Origin: an uncultured Muribaculaceae bacterium | GTDB taxonomy: Bacteria; Bacteroidota; Bacteroidia; Bacteroidales; Muribaculaceae | Direction: 5' to 3' | DNA length: 64,000 nt | Assembly (NCBI GenBank): GCA_910588065.1 | Contig: CAJUPZ010000013.1 | Span: forward strand, 8,142 to 72,141 | In this document: in pieces, positions 10,024 through 21,300 of the stretch | How the letters are laid out: every line of letters begins with the position of its first letter | How positions within the stretch are numbered: the stretch's first letter is position 1 | Made by a program: the position numbers and the translations under genes | The notes under the pieces: model-generated | What the model was told of the DNA's origin: nothing | What the model saw: only the letters and a program-made list of their open reading frames with translations | The model's database searches: none

Positions 10024-12795
10024 CTATTTCACCACCACATTAACAATTTTGCGGGGCACCACAATGACTTTGACTATTGTCTTGCCCTCTGTCCACTTGG
10101 CCGCACCCTCATGGGCGAGAGCTATGGCCTGCACCTCATCGCCGGGCATATCGGCAGCCACCTCGATGTTGTAGCGGGCCTTGCCGTTGAATGACACAGC
10201 GTAGGTCACAGAGTCCTCCTTGAGGTATTTCTCATCGTGAACGGGCCACTTGGCATCGCACACAGTGGAGCCATTGCCGAGAGCATGCCACAGTTCCTCG
10301 CATACATGGGGAGCGAAGGGGGCGAGAAGCACCACAAGCTGTCCGAGCACAAGCTTGTTGTGACATTTAAGCTGTGTGAGCTCGTTGACGCATATCATGA
10401 ACGCGCTGATAGAGGTGTTGAACGAGAAATTCTCTATATCGGCAGTAACCTTCTTTATGAGTTTGTGGATGGATTTGAGTTCATCCTTGGTGGGTTCGCC
10501 TTCGGTGATAAGAAGAGTGTCGCCTTTGTAGAAAAGGTTCCAGAGTTTGCGGATGAAGCGGTTCACACCGTCAATACCGTTGGTGTCCCACGGTTTGCTC
10601 TGTTCGAGCGGGCCGAGGAACATTTCATACAGGCGCAATGTGTCGGCACCGTAGCGCTCCACAATATCGTCGGGATTGACAACGTTGAACATCGACTTTG
10701 ACATCTTCTCAACAGCGTAGCCGCACACATACTTACCATCCTCAAGCACAAACTCGGCATCGTTGAACTCAGGGCGCCATGCACGGAATGCGTCAAGGTC
10801 AAGAATATCGTTGCTCACAATATTGACATCCACATGAATGGGGGTGACATCGTAGTCCTTCCTGAGGTTGTAGCTCACAAAGGTGTTTGTGTCCTTGATA
10901 CGGTAAACAAAGTTGCTGCGGCCCTGGATCATGCCCTGGTTGATGAGCTTGCGGAAAGGCTCCTCCTCGCACACGAGGCCGAGGTCAAAGAGAAATTTGT
11001 TCCAGAAACGGCTGTAGATGAGGTGGCCGGTGGCATGCTCAGTACCGCCTATGTAAAGGTCAACATTGCGCCAGTAGTCATTAGCCTCGCGGCTCACCAG
11101 AGCATTGTCGTTGCAGGGGTCCATATAGCGGAGATAGTAGGCTGATGAACCGGCGAAACCTGGCATAGTGCAGAGCTCAATGGGATAACCCTCCTCTGTC
11201 TTCCAGTTTTTGGCGCGGCCGAGGGGCGGCTCACCTGTTTCTGTCGGCAGGAATTTGTCAACCTCCGGCAGCAGCAGCGGCAGTTTGTCATCATCCATCA
11301 TCTGAGGTATACCATCCTTGTAGTAAACAGGGAACGGCTCACCCCAGTAGCGCTGACGGCTGAAAATGGCGTCGCGCAGACGGTAGTTGACCTTGACTTT
11401 GCCGATACCCTTGTCGCTTATGAATTTTTTAGCGGCAGCGATGGCATCCTTCACCTCCATGCCGTTTAGGTCGAGCTCCGGACCCTTTGAATTGATCATT
11501 TTGCCGCTCTTGGCATCGAAGCTCTCCTCGCTCACATCGGCACCCTCGATAAGAGGAATCACAGGAAGGTTGAAGTGACGGGCAAAAGCGTAGTCACGGC
11601 TGTCATGGGCAGGCACCGCCATGATGGCACCGGTGCCGTAGCCGGCAAGCACATAGTCGCTCACCCATACAGGAATCTTACCGCCGGTCATGGGGTTGAT
11701 TGCGTATGCGCCGGTGAACACACCGCTCACCTTTTTGTCAATCATGCGCTCACGCTCTGTTTTGTGGCGGATACTTGAAATATAGGCATCCACCTCGGCT
11801 TTATGGTCCGGAGTGGTGATCATATCCACATACGCGCTCTCGGGAGCGAGCACCATGAATGTGACACCGAACACAGTGTCTGCGCGAGTAGTGAATATTT
11901 CAAGCTCAGCATCGCTGTCGGCTACCTTGAATATCATCTCCGCACCCTCGGAACGGCCAATCCAGTTGCGCTGAGTCTCTTTCAGCGAGTCGGTCCAATC
12001 CACACTGTCGAGACCGTCGAGAAGACGCTGCGCGTATGCAGACACTCTGAGACACCACTGGTACATCAGTTTCTGCTCAACAGGGTAGCCGCCACGGATG
12101 CTCACACCCTCGCTCACCTCGTCGTTTGCCAGCACGGTGCCGAGTTTGGGACACCAGTTAACCATTGTGTTTCCGAGGTATGCTATGCGGTAGTTCATAA
12201 GGGTGTCGCTCTTCTGCTTCGCATCCATATTTTTCCACTCGTCGGCTGTGAAGTCAAGCTCTTTTGAGCATGCGGCGTGGATACCCTTTGTGCCGTTAGC
12301 GGCGAAGTGTGCCTCAAGATCAGCTATAGGCATGGCCTTGCATGCGGCAGTGTCGTAGTAGGAGTTGAACATACGGATGAACGCCCACTGGGTCCACTTG
12401 TAGTAGTCCGGACTGCAGGTGCGCACCTCGCGGTCCCAGTCGTAGCAGAAACCTATTTTGTCGAGCTGGCTGCGGTAGCGGTCTATATTCACCTTAGTGG
12501 TGATTTCAGGGTGCTGGCCTGTCTGTATGGCATATTGCTCGGCAGGGAGTCCGTAAGCGTCATATCCCATGGGATGAAGCACATTGAAGCCCTGGAGGCG
12601 CTTGAAGCGCGAATATATGTCGGATGCGATATATCCTAATGGATGTCCTACATGCAGACCCGCTCCGGAAGGGTAGGGGAACATATCAAGCACATAAAAT
12701 TTCTTGCGGCTTGAATCAATGTCTGTCTTGTAGGTTTTGTTCTCTTTCCAATACTGCTGCCATTTGGCTTCAATATTCTTATGATTGTATTCCAT
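10024..12795 (-). CDS. leuS: leucine--tRNA ligase
   Basis: 923 aa, with HIGH-type HVGHPLGY and a KMSKS motif (EKMSKSMFN). Confidence 0.97.
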   Translation of the reverse strand: MEYNHKNIEAKWQQYWKENKTYKTDIDSSRKKFYVLDMFPYPSGAGLHVGHPLGYIASDIYSRFKRLQGFNVLHPMGYDAYGLPAEQYAIQTGQHPEITTKVNIDRYRSQLDKIGFCYDWDREVRTCSPDYYKWTQWAFIRMFNSYYDTAACKAMPIADLEAHFAANGTKGIHAACSKELDFTADEWKNMDAKQKSDTLMNYRIAYLGNTMVNWCPKLGTVLANDEVSEGVSIRGGYPVEQKLMYQWCLRVSAYAQRLLDGLDSVDWTDSLKETQRNWIGRSEGAEMIFKVADSDAELEIFTTRADTVFGVTFMVLAPESAYVDMITTPDHKAEVDAYISSIRHKTERERMIDKKVSGVFTGAYAINPMTGGKIPVWVSDYVLAGYGTGAIMAVPAHDSRDYAFARHFNLPVIPLIEGADVSEESFDAKSGKMINSKGPELDLNGMEVKDAIAAAKKFISDKGIGKVKVNYRLRDAIFSRQRYWGEPFPVYYKDGIPQMMDDDKLPLLLPEVDKFLPTETGEPPLGRAKNWKTEEGYPIELCTMPGFAGSSAYYLRYMDPCNDNALVSREANDYWRNVDLYIGGTEHATGHLIYSRFWNKFLFDLGLVCEEEPFRKLINQGMIQGRSNFVYRIKDTNTFVSYNLRKDYDVTPIHVDVNIVSNDILDLDAFRAWRPEFNDAEFVLEDGKYVCGYAVEKMSKSMFNVVNPDDIVERYGADTLRLYEMFLGPLEQSKPWDTNGIDGVNRFIRKLWNLFYKGDTLLITEGEPTKDELKSIHKLIKKVTADIENFSFNTSISAFMICVNELTQLKCHNKLVLGQLVVLLAPFAPHVCEELWHALGNGSTVCDAKWPVHDEKYLKEDSVTYAVSFNGKARYNIEVAADMPGDEVQAIALAHEGAAKWTEGKTIVKVIVVPRKIVNVVVK

Positions 12796-12830
12796 ATTAT
12801 ATATAGGTGTGGAGTGTTTTTATTTCTGTT

Positions 12831-13784
12831 TTATTTCTTAGGGGAGAGTTCGAGCATTCTCTCGATGGGTTTGCGAGCCTTGGCAGCCACCTCGTCGTCA
12901 ACAATCACCTCGGGAGCCATATCGCGCAGACAATCGCGGAGCTTTTCGAGAGTGTTGAGTTTCATGTATGCGCATTCGTTGCATGCGCAGGTGGAGTCGG
13001 CCGGAGGGGCAGGAATGAATGTTTTGCCGGGGCATTTGGCTCTCATCTGATGCAGGATGCCGCTTTCTGTGGCCACAATGAATTCGGTGCTGTCGCTCTT
13101 CATAGCGTAGTCGAGCAACACGGCTGTTGAGCCTATGCAATCGGCCAGCAGCCGCATGGGCTGAGGGCATTCTGGGTGGACAAGCACTTTTGCCTGCGGA
13201 TGCTGTTCTTTCAGTGCCACTGTTTTCTCAACAGAGAATTTCTCATGCACATGGCAGGCGCCATCCCAAAGAAGCATATCGCGGCCTGTCACACTGTTTA
13301 TATAGTTGCCCAGATTACGGTCGGGACCGAATATAAGCTTTGCATCCTTGTCAAATGTATCCACAATCTGCCGGGCGTTGCCGCTTGTCACCACCACATC
13401 GGTGAGGGCTTTGACGGCAGCGGAGGTGTTGACGTATGAGATGACAGTGTGGTCCGGATGCGCCTTTACAAACTTTTCAAACTCCTCGGCAGGACAGCTG
13501 TCAGCGAGCGAACACCCGGCGGTTGGATCCGGTTCAAGCACTGTTTTGTCAGGGCAAAGAATCTTGGCTGTCTCACCCATGAAGTGCACGCCACACATCA
13601 CAATAACATTCTCCTTTATATCCGCGGCAATCCGTGCCAGCGCGAGGGAGTCGCCTATATAATCGGCTATGTCCTGAATGTCAGCATTCTGATAATAGTG
13701 TCCCATAATCACCGCGCCCCTTTGTTTCTTGAGCTCGGCAATCTCGCGCTTGAGCGCGTCGACCCCGGGATTTTGAACAGCCAT
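12831..13784 (-). CDS. nadA: quinolinate synthase
   Basis: 317 aa with a typical NadA sequence (IMGHYYQ...VHFMGETAKIL...VHPECP...). Confidence 0.93.
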   Translation of the reverse strand: MAVQNPGVDALKREIAELKKQRGAVIMGHYYQNADIQDIADYIGDSLALARIAADIKENVIVMCGVHFMGETAKILCPDKTVLEPDPTAGCSLADSCPAEEFEKFVKAHPDHTVISYVNTSAAVKALTDVVVTSGNARQIVDTFDKDAKLIFGPDRNLGNYINSVTGRDMLLWDGACHVHEKFSVEKTVALKEQHPQAKVLVHPECPQPMRLLADCIGSTAVLLDYAMKSDSTEFIVATESGILHQMRAKCPGKTFIPAPPADSTCACNECAYMKLNTLEKLRDCLRDMAPEVIVDDEVAAKARKPIERMLELSPKK

Positions 13785-14034
13785 ATATTCTTTATTTTTA
13801 GTTTAAAGTCTTAAAAATTTTTTTTCATGAATAATAATAGTGGCTGTAAATAAGCATGATAACTTTTGCGGATAATGCTTGCATATTAAGTTATTAGATT
13901 CGCACATAGCCGTTATCTTCTTATTATAAACATTGCAAAAGTGTGATTATCAGAACACTTACCACTGTTATTCACATCATGTTTATAAGTTGCAAAGTTA
14001 GTAACTTTAATCGGACTTACAATTGAATAACCTG

Positions 14035-14076
14035 CCAAAAAAGAGTTGGCAACCGTTTTATAACCGGCTGCCAACT
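14035..14076 (-). terminator. intrinsic terminator downstream of upp
   Basis: Minus strand AGTTGGCA...TGCCAACT 8-bp stem followed by CTTTTTTGG. It lies about 130 nt after the upp stop and inside track ORF 13913-14212. Confidence 0.6.
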
Positions 14077-14208
14077 TATTTTGAGATTGAAAATGGAGTG
14101 CTATATGTATCTGTTGCTGAATATTCCAAATGATAACTCTGAATTCTTTACAATAGTTATTCAGGGTTTTCAACATGGTTTTGAACAGTGTTATGAACAT
14201 GGATCTGC

Positions 14209-14862
14209 TCATTCCTTCACACCGTAGGCAAGGTCGCCGGCATCGCCGAGACCGGGCACAATGTAGGAGTGGGAGTTGATTTCATCATCGATGGCTCCGA
14301 TCCAGAGGGTTGTGCTTTCCTGAGGAAAGGTTGCCTTGATATACTCCACTGCTGCGCGTGAGGCAATTACAGAGGCTACATGAACCTTCGAGGGGGTGCC
14401 TTTTGTGAGCAGGGCGCGGTAGCTGAGCTCCATGGAAGCACCTGTGGCGAGCATCGGGTCGGCAAGTATAAGGGTTTTGCCGTCGAGACGCGGTGAGGCT
14501 ATGTATTCGATGAATATGTCGAAATTCTCTTTCTCCTTATATTTACGATAGGCTGATACGAAAGCATTCTGGGCATTGTCAAAGAAGGAGAGAAAACCTT
14601 GGTGAAACGGCACACCGGCGCGGAATATGGTGCCGAGCACCACCTGCTCGTCAATTACATCGCACGCTGCATCGGCGAGGGGAGTGGTGATGCTTTTCTT
14701 GCTGTAATGGAGAGTTTTGCTTATCTCGTATGCCATTATCTGACCTATCCTCTCAAGGTTGCGGCGGAAGCGCATGGGGTCGGACTGGATGTTTACATCG
14801 CGCATTTCAGCCATATACTGGCTCACGAGCGAGGGAGTGGTGTCAAAATTTATAATTTCCAT
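14209..14862 (-). CDS. upp: uracil phosphoribosyltransferase
   Basis: 217 aa, PRPP-binding LILADPMLATGAS, C-terminal YIVPGLGDAGD. Confidence 0.93.
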   Translation of the reverse strand: MEIINFDTTPSLVSQYMAEMRDVNIQSDPMRFRRNLERIGQIMAYEISKTLHYSKKSITTPLADAACDVIDEQVVLGTIFRAGVPFHQGFLSFFDNAQNAFVSAYRKYKEKENFDIFIEYIASPRLDGKTLILADPMLATGASMELSYRALLTKGTPSKVHVASVIASRAAVEYIKATFPQESTTLWIGAIDDEINSHSYIVPGLGDAGDLAYGVKE

Positions 14863-14889
14863 GGTTGAATATATGTATGTTAAATGAAA

Positions 14890-16362
14890 TCAAGCGTTAG
14901 GGTCGGGCTGCGGCGGGGCGGTGTCGGCAAGCGAAGCGGTGTCGAGCCCATGTTTGAGCCATTGGCCGCGCAGCAGACGGTAGAGAAACACCGCACCCCT
15001 GAGACACAGCTCGCCGCACATTGCTATGAACACTCCTTTGAGGCCGAGTGAGGGAGCCATGACAGCGGCGAGGGGTATGCGCACAAGCCATATACTGCCG
15101 AAATTCATGCAGGCCGGCACAATTGTGTCGCCAACACCTATCATCACTCCGTAAGCCACTATCGAGGCGGCAAACATAGGCTCTGCCCATGCCTCGATTC
15201 TCAGTACCTCCGCTCCGAGGGCCGCAATCTCTTTCACGGGGGTGAATATGTCCATCAATGCGGGTGCTGTGAGCCACATTATAATACCCATGAAAGTCAT
15301 TATGACCATGCCGAATGTCACCGCAATATATCCGAAGCTTTTTGCCAGGTCCTTGCGACCGGCTCCGTAGCTTTGGCCGGTGAGGGTGGTGGCCGCATCG
15401 GCTATGCCGTAGCCCGGCATGTAGCACAATGCTTCGGCAGTGATTGCAAAGGAGTATGCGGCGATGGAAACTACGCCGAGGGGAGCCACAATCACCATCA
15501 CCATGATCTGGGCGCCTGAAATTATGGCGTGCTCTATGGTCATCGGTGTGGATACCTTGAGAGCGTTGCGGAGCACCTTGCGGGTGGGTATGAAATTGCG
15601 GAATCCCTTTTTCACGGCATCCTCACAGCGTTTGCCGAAAATGGCCATCCCTTTTTCGTAGCGGCAAAGATATATCATCACCGCGGCAGTGGCCACCAAC
15701 TCGGCGCATACTGTGCCGAGAGCAGCGCCGAGCACACCGAGTCCGGCTCCGGGGAGCGTGATGGCCGAACCGGAAATTTCAAATGTGCGGGCGGGAAAAA
15801 TCAAAAAGAAATTGAATATGACATCGAGCACACACATCATTATATTCAGGCCACCGGGCACCTTCATATTGCCGGCAGAGCGCAGAGTGGCGCAGCCGAG
15901 ATAGTTGAGGGTGAGGACAGGCAGGGCGGCAACAAACACAGAGAAATATAAGGTTGCCTGCTCGGCCACATATCCTTCACCGCCAAGCCAGTAGGGCAGG
16001 AAAGGGGCGATAGCCACCCCTATGATGCCCATAAAAAGGCCGAAAGAGATGGCGGAAAGTATGCCCTGGCGCAGCACAAGTCTGGCGGTGGAGTAGTCGC
16101 TCGCTCCCACCCGGTGTGCAACCTGCACGGAGAATCCGACTATCGCTGCCGAACATATGCCCCAGAAGAGCCACAGGCTTGAGGACACCAGTCCGACAGC
16201 CGCACTGTCCTCCGCTCCGAGGCGTCCCACCATGGTCGCGTCTATATACTGCATGAGAATACTCGACAGCTGGGCCATTATGGCCGGCCACGACAGTTTG
16301 GCCGTCAGTAATGCTTTCTGGCGGAAAGTAAGCGGTTTGCCGGATTGAATAAGCGATATCAC
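14890..16362 (-). CDS. MATE family efflux transporter
   Basis: 490 aa polytopic protein with N-terminal LSWPAIMAQLSSILMQYIDATMVGRLG typical of MATE. The start is GTG (16360-16362), overlapping the patB stop as GTGA. Confidence 0.85.
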   Translation of the reverse strand: MISLIQSGKPLTFRQKALLTAKLSWPAIMAQLSSILMQYIDATMVGRLGAEDSAAVGLVSSSLWLFWGICSAAIVGFSVQVAHRVGASDYSTARLVLRQGILSAISFGLFMGIIGVAIAPFLPYWLGGEGYVAEQATLYFSVFVAALPVLTLNYLGCATLRSAGNMKVPGGLNIMMCVLDVIFNFFLIFPARTFEISGSAITLPGAGLGVLGAALGTVCAELVATAAVMIYLCRYEKGMAIFGKRCEDAVKKGFRNFIPTRKVLRNALKVSTPMTIEHAIISGAQIMVMVIVAPLGVVSIAAYSFAITAEALCYMPGYGIADAATTLTGQSYGAGRKDLAKSFGYIAVTFGMVIMTFMGIIMWLTAPALMDIFTPVKEIAALGAEVLRIEAWAEPMFAASIVAYGVMIGVGDTIVPACMNFGSIWLVRIPLAAVMAPSLGLKGVFIAMCGELCLRGAVFLYRLLRGQWLKHGLDTASLADTAPPQPDPNA

Positions 16363-17525
16363 AGTTTTTCCAGATAATTACATAATCTGCCGAGGCCTTC
16401 GGCGAGGGTAGTACGCGGACATGCTATGTTTATTCGTATATATCCCTTTGAGCCATACATCTCGCCGGCGTTTATCCACACTTTCGCTTTGTTTTTAAGC
16501 TCCTCTTCAAGTGTTTCGGAATCCACGCTGAGGGCAGACACATCCACCCACGGAAGGTATGTGGCCTCAAGGGTGGCGATGCTGCACTGAGGCAGACGCG
16601 AGGTAATAAAATCTTTGGTATACAGCCAATTGTGCCACAGATAATCCTTCAGCTGAGTGAGCCACCGCTCACCTTCGGAGCTGTAGGAAGCTTCAAGAGC
16701 CACCGGGCCGAAGGGGTTGACATCACACACCTCATTTATATTTATGGCTTTGTCAATAGCCGCACGTATCTCCGGCGAGGGACACACTATGTTAGCTATC
16801 TGCAGTCCGGCGGTATTGAATGCCTTGGAGGGAGATATGCACACAATGGCACTGCTGTCAACAGTGGCGTAGGGCACATATCTGTGGCCGGGCATGGTGA
16901 GTTCACAGTGAATCTCGTCACTCACCACCATGACACTGTTCCGCGAGGTTATTTCAGCCACCCTCTCCAGCTCCTGCCGGGTCCAGCATCTGCCTGCGGG
17001 ATTGTGGGGATTGCACAGCAGCAAAAGTTTAACCGCCGGGTCGGCACACACCTTTTCAAGTGCGTCGAAATCCATGCGGTAGGTGAATTCGGCCTGTCCG
17101 GTATCCACTCTTTTAAGCGGAGAGTCGGCAATGAAGCAGCCGTTGTTTCTGATAGATGAGAAGAAGCAGTTGTATACCGGAGTCTGAACAGCCACGCCGC
17201 TGCCAGCCGGAACGAGGGCCTTGATTATAGCCGACAGCGCCGGCACCACCCCTGAGGTGTATATAACCTGACTGCGGTTGAAGCTGAAGCCGTGGCGGCT
17301 TTCAAACCACCGGATCAGGGCCTCGTAATAGCTGTCCTGCACAAGGGTGTAGCCGAACACCCCGTGGTCCACCCTCCGGCGCAGAGCCTCCACCACCACC
17401 GGTGCGGTGCGGAAGTCCATATCCGCAACCCAGAGGGGTATCACCTCATTGTCGTCGGTATCATCCCATTTGTAAGAGCCTGAGCCTCGGCGGTTTACCG
17501 GAGTGTCGAAATCAAAGCGGCTCAT
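16359..17525 (-). CDS. MalY/PatB family PLP-dependent C-S lyase (cystathionine beta-lyase-like)
   Basis: FDFDTPVNRRGSGSYKWD N-terminus and an SPSKAFN PLP-lysine motif. Class I/II aminotransferase fold length. Confidence 0.8.
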   Translation of the reverse strand: MSRFDFDTPVNRRGSGSYKWDDTDDNEVIPLWVADMDFRTAPVVVEALRRRVDHGVFGYTLVQDSYYEALIRWFESRHGFSFNRSQVIYTSGVVPALSAIIKALVPAGSGVAVQTPVYNCFFSSIRNNGCFIADSPLKRVDTGQAEFTYRMDFDALEKVCADPAVKLLLLCNPHNPAGRCWTRQELERVAEITSRNSVMVVSDEIHCELTMPGHRYVPYATVDSSAIVCISPSKAFNTAGLQIANIVCPSPEIRAAIDKAININEVCDVNPFGPVALEASYSSEGERWLTQLKDYLWHNWLYTKDFITSRLPQCSIATLEATYLPWVDVSALSVDSETLEEELKNKAKVWINAGEMYGSKGYIRINIACPRTTLAEGLGRLCNYLEKL

Positions 17526-18364
17526 AATGTATCTATTTTGCAGTCGGCGGGAGCCTTTATGTTTTCATCCAAGATAATTTCGCTATAGCCTTTTGCGCGG
17601 ATAGTGCCCGATGTCGGGTTTTTGACACTTGTTATAACGCTGTTGACAGTGGCGTTGAGCGTGCTCTCCTCGAAAGCGAGGTCGCAGTCGGGGGCAAATT
17701 CACAGTCCTCGAGCACAAGATTGCGGGCATAGCAGAGCGGCTGCGTGCCTGAAATTTTGCAGCGCACCAGTCTGAGATTCACGGAGTGCCATCCGAGGTA
17801 TTCGCCGGTGAGCTCGCTGTCGTAGACAGTCACATTCTCAGTGTTCCAGAAAGCATCCTTGGAGTCGATGACGGCATTGTGTATCTCAACATCCGTGCAA
17901 TATTGGAAAGAGTAGTTGCCCTGCTGCTTCCAGTTGTCGAGCTTGATGTTGCGGCAGTGCATGAACAGATAGTCGGCATTCGCCACCTCCACATCCGAGC
18001 ATTCTATGTCGGAGCAGTGCCACATGGTTTCCTGGGCGTCAGGTATCCTGACTCCTCTGAGTTTCAGCCCTTTCATCTCGCGAAACATCTTTGGGGCATC
18101 GACAGTGGTATCTGTCATCACAAGGTTTGAGGAGTACCACAGTGCGGCTCTCGCGCCGGAAGTGAAGAGGCAGTTCTCAACCTTGAAATTGTCAACATGC
18201 CAGAAAGGATATTTTCCTTCGAAGGTGCACTGCACCGCCTCGATATTGCTGCACTCTTTCAGCGCAGACTCTCCGGCGTGGATTGTAACATTTTCAAGGC
18301 GCAGATCTTTGGCTGCGAACAGGGGACGCTCACCCCCGAACTCTTCATTTGTGATAGTTTTCAT
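17522..18364 (-). CDS. DUF3737-like right-handed beta-helix protein
   Basis: 280 aa. ERPLF..KDLRLENV..GESALKEC..FEGKYPFWH repeats resemble DUF3737, recalled from memory. Confidence 0.55.
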   Translation of the reverse strand: MKTITNEEFGGERPLFAAKDLRLENVTIHAGESALKECSNIEAVQCTFEGKYPFWHVDNFKVENCLFTSGARAALWYSSNLVMTDTTVDAPKMFREMKGLKLRGVRIPDAQETMWHCSDIECSDVEVANADYLFMHCRNIKLDNWKQQGNYSFQYCTDVEIHNAVIDSKDAFWNTENVTVYDSELTGEYLGWHSVNLRLVRCKISGTQPLCYARNLVLEDCEFAPDCDLAFEESTLNATVNSVITSVKNPTSGTIRAKGYSEIILDENIKAPADCKIDTL

Positions 18365-18386
18365 AATTGAAAAGGGTTTATGATTG

Positions 18387-18394
18387 CAAAGTTA
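18387..18394 (-). promoter_or_regulatory. -7 promoter box for the DUF3737-patB-MATE string
   Basis: Minus strand TAACTTTG, 22 nt before ATG 18364. Confidence 0.55.
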
Positions 18395-18543
18395 GGCAAA
18401 AATAGGCATACTGCTTTTCCCGCACCTACCACTATTACTGAAATCTTTTACAAAATCTATTGACAAAAGCCGTAGACTTATAAAAAATCCATTGCGGCGA
18501 TAATAGAGGGCGAAGCGGATACGCGGTGTATTGAAATAAAGTG

Positions 18544-18551
18544 TATCTTTG
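18544..18551 (+). promoter_or_regulatory. -7 promoter box for pldA
   Basis: TATCTTTG, 23 nt before TTG 18575. Confidence 0.55.
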
Positions 18552-18574
18552 TGCTTTAATCATTATCACTTGTT

Positions 18575-19429
18575 TTGAAAACCTGCATACATACATTAAT
18601 AAGGCTTGCGCTGGTGGCAGTGGCTTCTGTCACAGCACCCGCCGCGGGGGCGCAGATTGTGAGCGAGTCGAGCGAGGAGCTGAGCAGCGACAGCATACGC
18701 CGAGCCATGGACAATGGTCCGTATTTCGGACTGTACAAGGACAATTATTTTATATTCGGCACATCTGTAGGCCCTAAACCTACAAAGGAGAATACCAACA
18801 TCAAGTTTCAGATTTCGATAGCGCAGCGTCTCACCAAGAGTGTCATGCCTTGGCACAGCTATCTGTTTCTGTTCTACAGCCAGAAGTGTTTCTGGAATGT
18901 TCTCGAGAATTCAATGCCCATGACAGACCTCAATTTCAATCCGGGCATAGGATTGGCCAAGCCGTTGTTTGTGAAAAACCGTTTCATAGGCAAGGCGCTG
19001 CTGCTGCTGGAGCATGAGAGCAACGGCAGGGATGGCACAGCATCGAGGTCGTGGAACAAGGTGTCGCTCGCGGCCAATATAATGATCGATCCTAATTTTA
19101 TAGTTCACGGCAAGGTGTGGCTCCCTATAATTGATGGAGTGGAGAATAAGGATATTCTTGATTATTGCGGCATCTATCAGGTAGGCACCTCTTTCACCAC
19201 AATCAACAAGCGGTTCGGAGCGTCGGTGATACTGACCAAGCGCAAGGGATGGAAGCTGAACTACAACACGGTAATTGAGCTTAACTACCGTATTTTTCCG
19301 CGCGACAACCAATACCTCTTCCTGCAGTATTACAACGGCTACGGCGAGGGATTGCTTGCCTACAAGGAATTTCATTCTCAGCTGAGGGTAGGCATAGTGA
19401 TAAAGCCCACGCTGTTCAGCGAATATTGA
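18575..19429 (+). CDS. pldA: outer-membrane phospholipase A (PldA-like)
   Basis: Signal peptide, YKDNYFIFG and HESNGR motifs. The only in-frame start retaining the signal peptide is TTG 18575, 23 nt after a -7 box. Confidence 0.7.
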   Translation: MKTCIHTLIRLALVAVASVTAPAAGAQIVSESSEELSSDSIRRAMDNGPYFGLYKDNYFIFGTSVGPKPTKENTNIKFQISIAQRLTKSVMPWHSYLFLFYSQKCFWNVLENSMPMTDLNFNPGIGLAKPLFVKNRFIGKALLLLEHESNGRDGTASRSWNKVSLAANIMIDPNFIVHGKVWLPIIDGVENKDILDYCGIYQVGTSFTTINKRFGASVILTKRKGWKLNYNTVIELNYRIFPRDNQYLFLQYYNGYGEGLLAYKEFHSQLRVGIVIKPTLFSEY

Positions 19430-19450
19430 TCAGTGAATAGCAGATAAAGA

Positions 19451-19482
19451 AAGGGTGGCACTCTGAGAGCGCCACCCTTTTT
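19451..19482. terminator. bidirectional intrinsic terminator between convergent pldA and gap
   Basis: AAAGGGTGGCaCTCtgaGAGcGCCACCCTTTTT: a long stem flanked by an A-run on one side and a T-run on the other. Confidence 0.75.
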
Positions 19483-19504
19483 GGTGCGTATGATTTGAAA
19501 CGGA

Positions 19505-20515
<1,011 letters not shown>

Positions 20516-20585
20516 TTATAAATAAAATTGGGTTACAAGTATTGTCAGGTCAATAGCTTAGGGCGGCATACTCTTTGCCGCGTCA

Positions 20586-20593
20586 CAAAAGTA
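20586..20593 (-). promoter_or_regulatory. -7 promoter box for gap
   Basis: Minus strand TACTTTTG, 73 nt before ATG 20512. Confidence 0.45.
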
Positions 20594-20810
20594 CTAATAA
20601 TTTCCGTAAGTTGTATCAGGTCAGTGACAAAAGTTAAATCCTTTTCTAATTTTTTTTACATAATGGCTCGGAATATCTCCCTGAGGTGGAATTGCTGAGC
20701 CGGTGCGGCCACCCGGCATACACCTTATTACATTAGGAGCATCAGGTCACTGCCATGCCTGTATGAGCGGTTTTGGGTGAGAGAATAGGGCGCAGAAACT
20801 TTTTTTTGCC

Positions 20811-20818
20811 TATATTTG
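20811..20818 (+). promoter_or_regulatory. -7 promoter box for mscL
   Basis: TATATTTG, 53 nt before ATG 20872. Confidence 0.5.
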
Positions 20819-20828
20819 TTGAGTTTTG

Positions 20829-20848
20829 AGGTGGTGTCCACCTTTTTT
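20829..20848 (+). terminator. terminator-like hairpin inside the mscL leader
   Basis: AGGTGG-TGT-CCACCT followed by TTTTTT. Located between the -7 box (20811) and ATG 20872. Confidence 0.45.
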
Positions 20849-20871
20849 ATTCATTTTTCAACTTATTACCG

Positions 20872-21300
20872 ATGTCTAAGTTTATCAACGAGTTCAAGGA
20901 ATTTGCAATGCGAGGCAATGTTCTCGACATGGCTGTGGGTGTTGTTATCGGCGCTGCCTTCGGCAAAATTGTGTCGTCGCTTGTGGATGACCTGATAATG
21001 CCTCTTGTGGGGGTTGCCACCGGCGGAATGAATTTCACTGACTACAAGTGGGTGGTTCAGAAGGCTGTGATGGATGGCACAGAGATTATCAAGCCCGAGG
21101 TGACACTCAACTGGGGGTCATGGATTCAGACAATAGTGAATTTTATCATCATAGCTTTCTGTATCTTTGTGATGATAAAGTTTATCAACAAGCTCAGCCG
21201 CAAGAAGGCAGAGGAGCCTGCACCGGCAGATCCCGAGCCTACCAAAGAGGAGGTGCTGCTGACCGAAATCCGCGATCTGCTCAAGAATCAGCAGAAATAA
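20872..21300 (+). CDS. mscL: large-conductance mechanosensitive channel
   Basis: [34 protein letters not shown] is canonical MscL. Confidence 0.95.
   Translation: MSKFINEFKEFAMRGNVLDMAVGVVIGAAFGKIVSSLVDDLIMPLVGVATGGMNFTDYKWVVQKAVMDGTEIIKPEVTLNWGSWIQTIVNFIIIAFCIFVMIKFINKLSRKKAEEPAPADPEPTKEEVLLTEIRDLLKNQQK

Noticed and set aside
13913-14212. 99-aa ORF overlapping the upp stop by 4 nt
   Set aside because: It is AT-rich with low-complexity composition. It contains the upp intrinsic terminator (14035-14076) and a candidate nadA promoter box within its frame, so it is most likely spurious.
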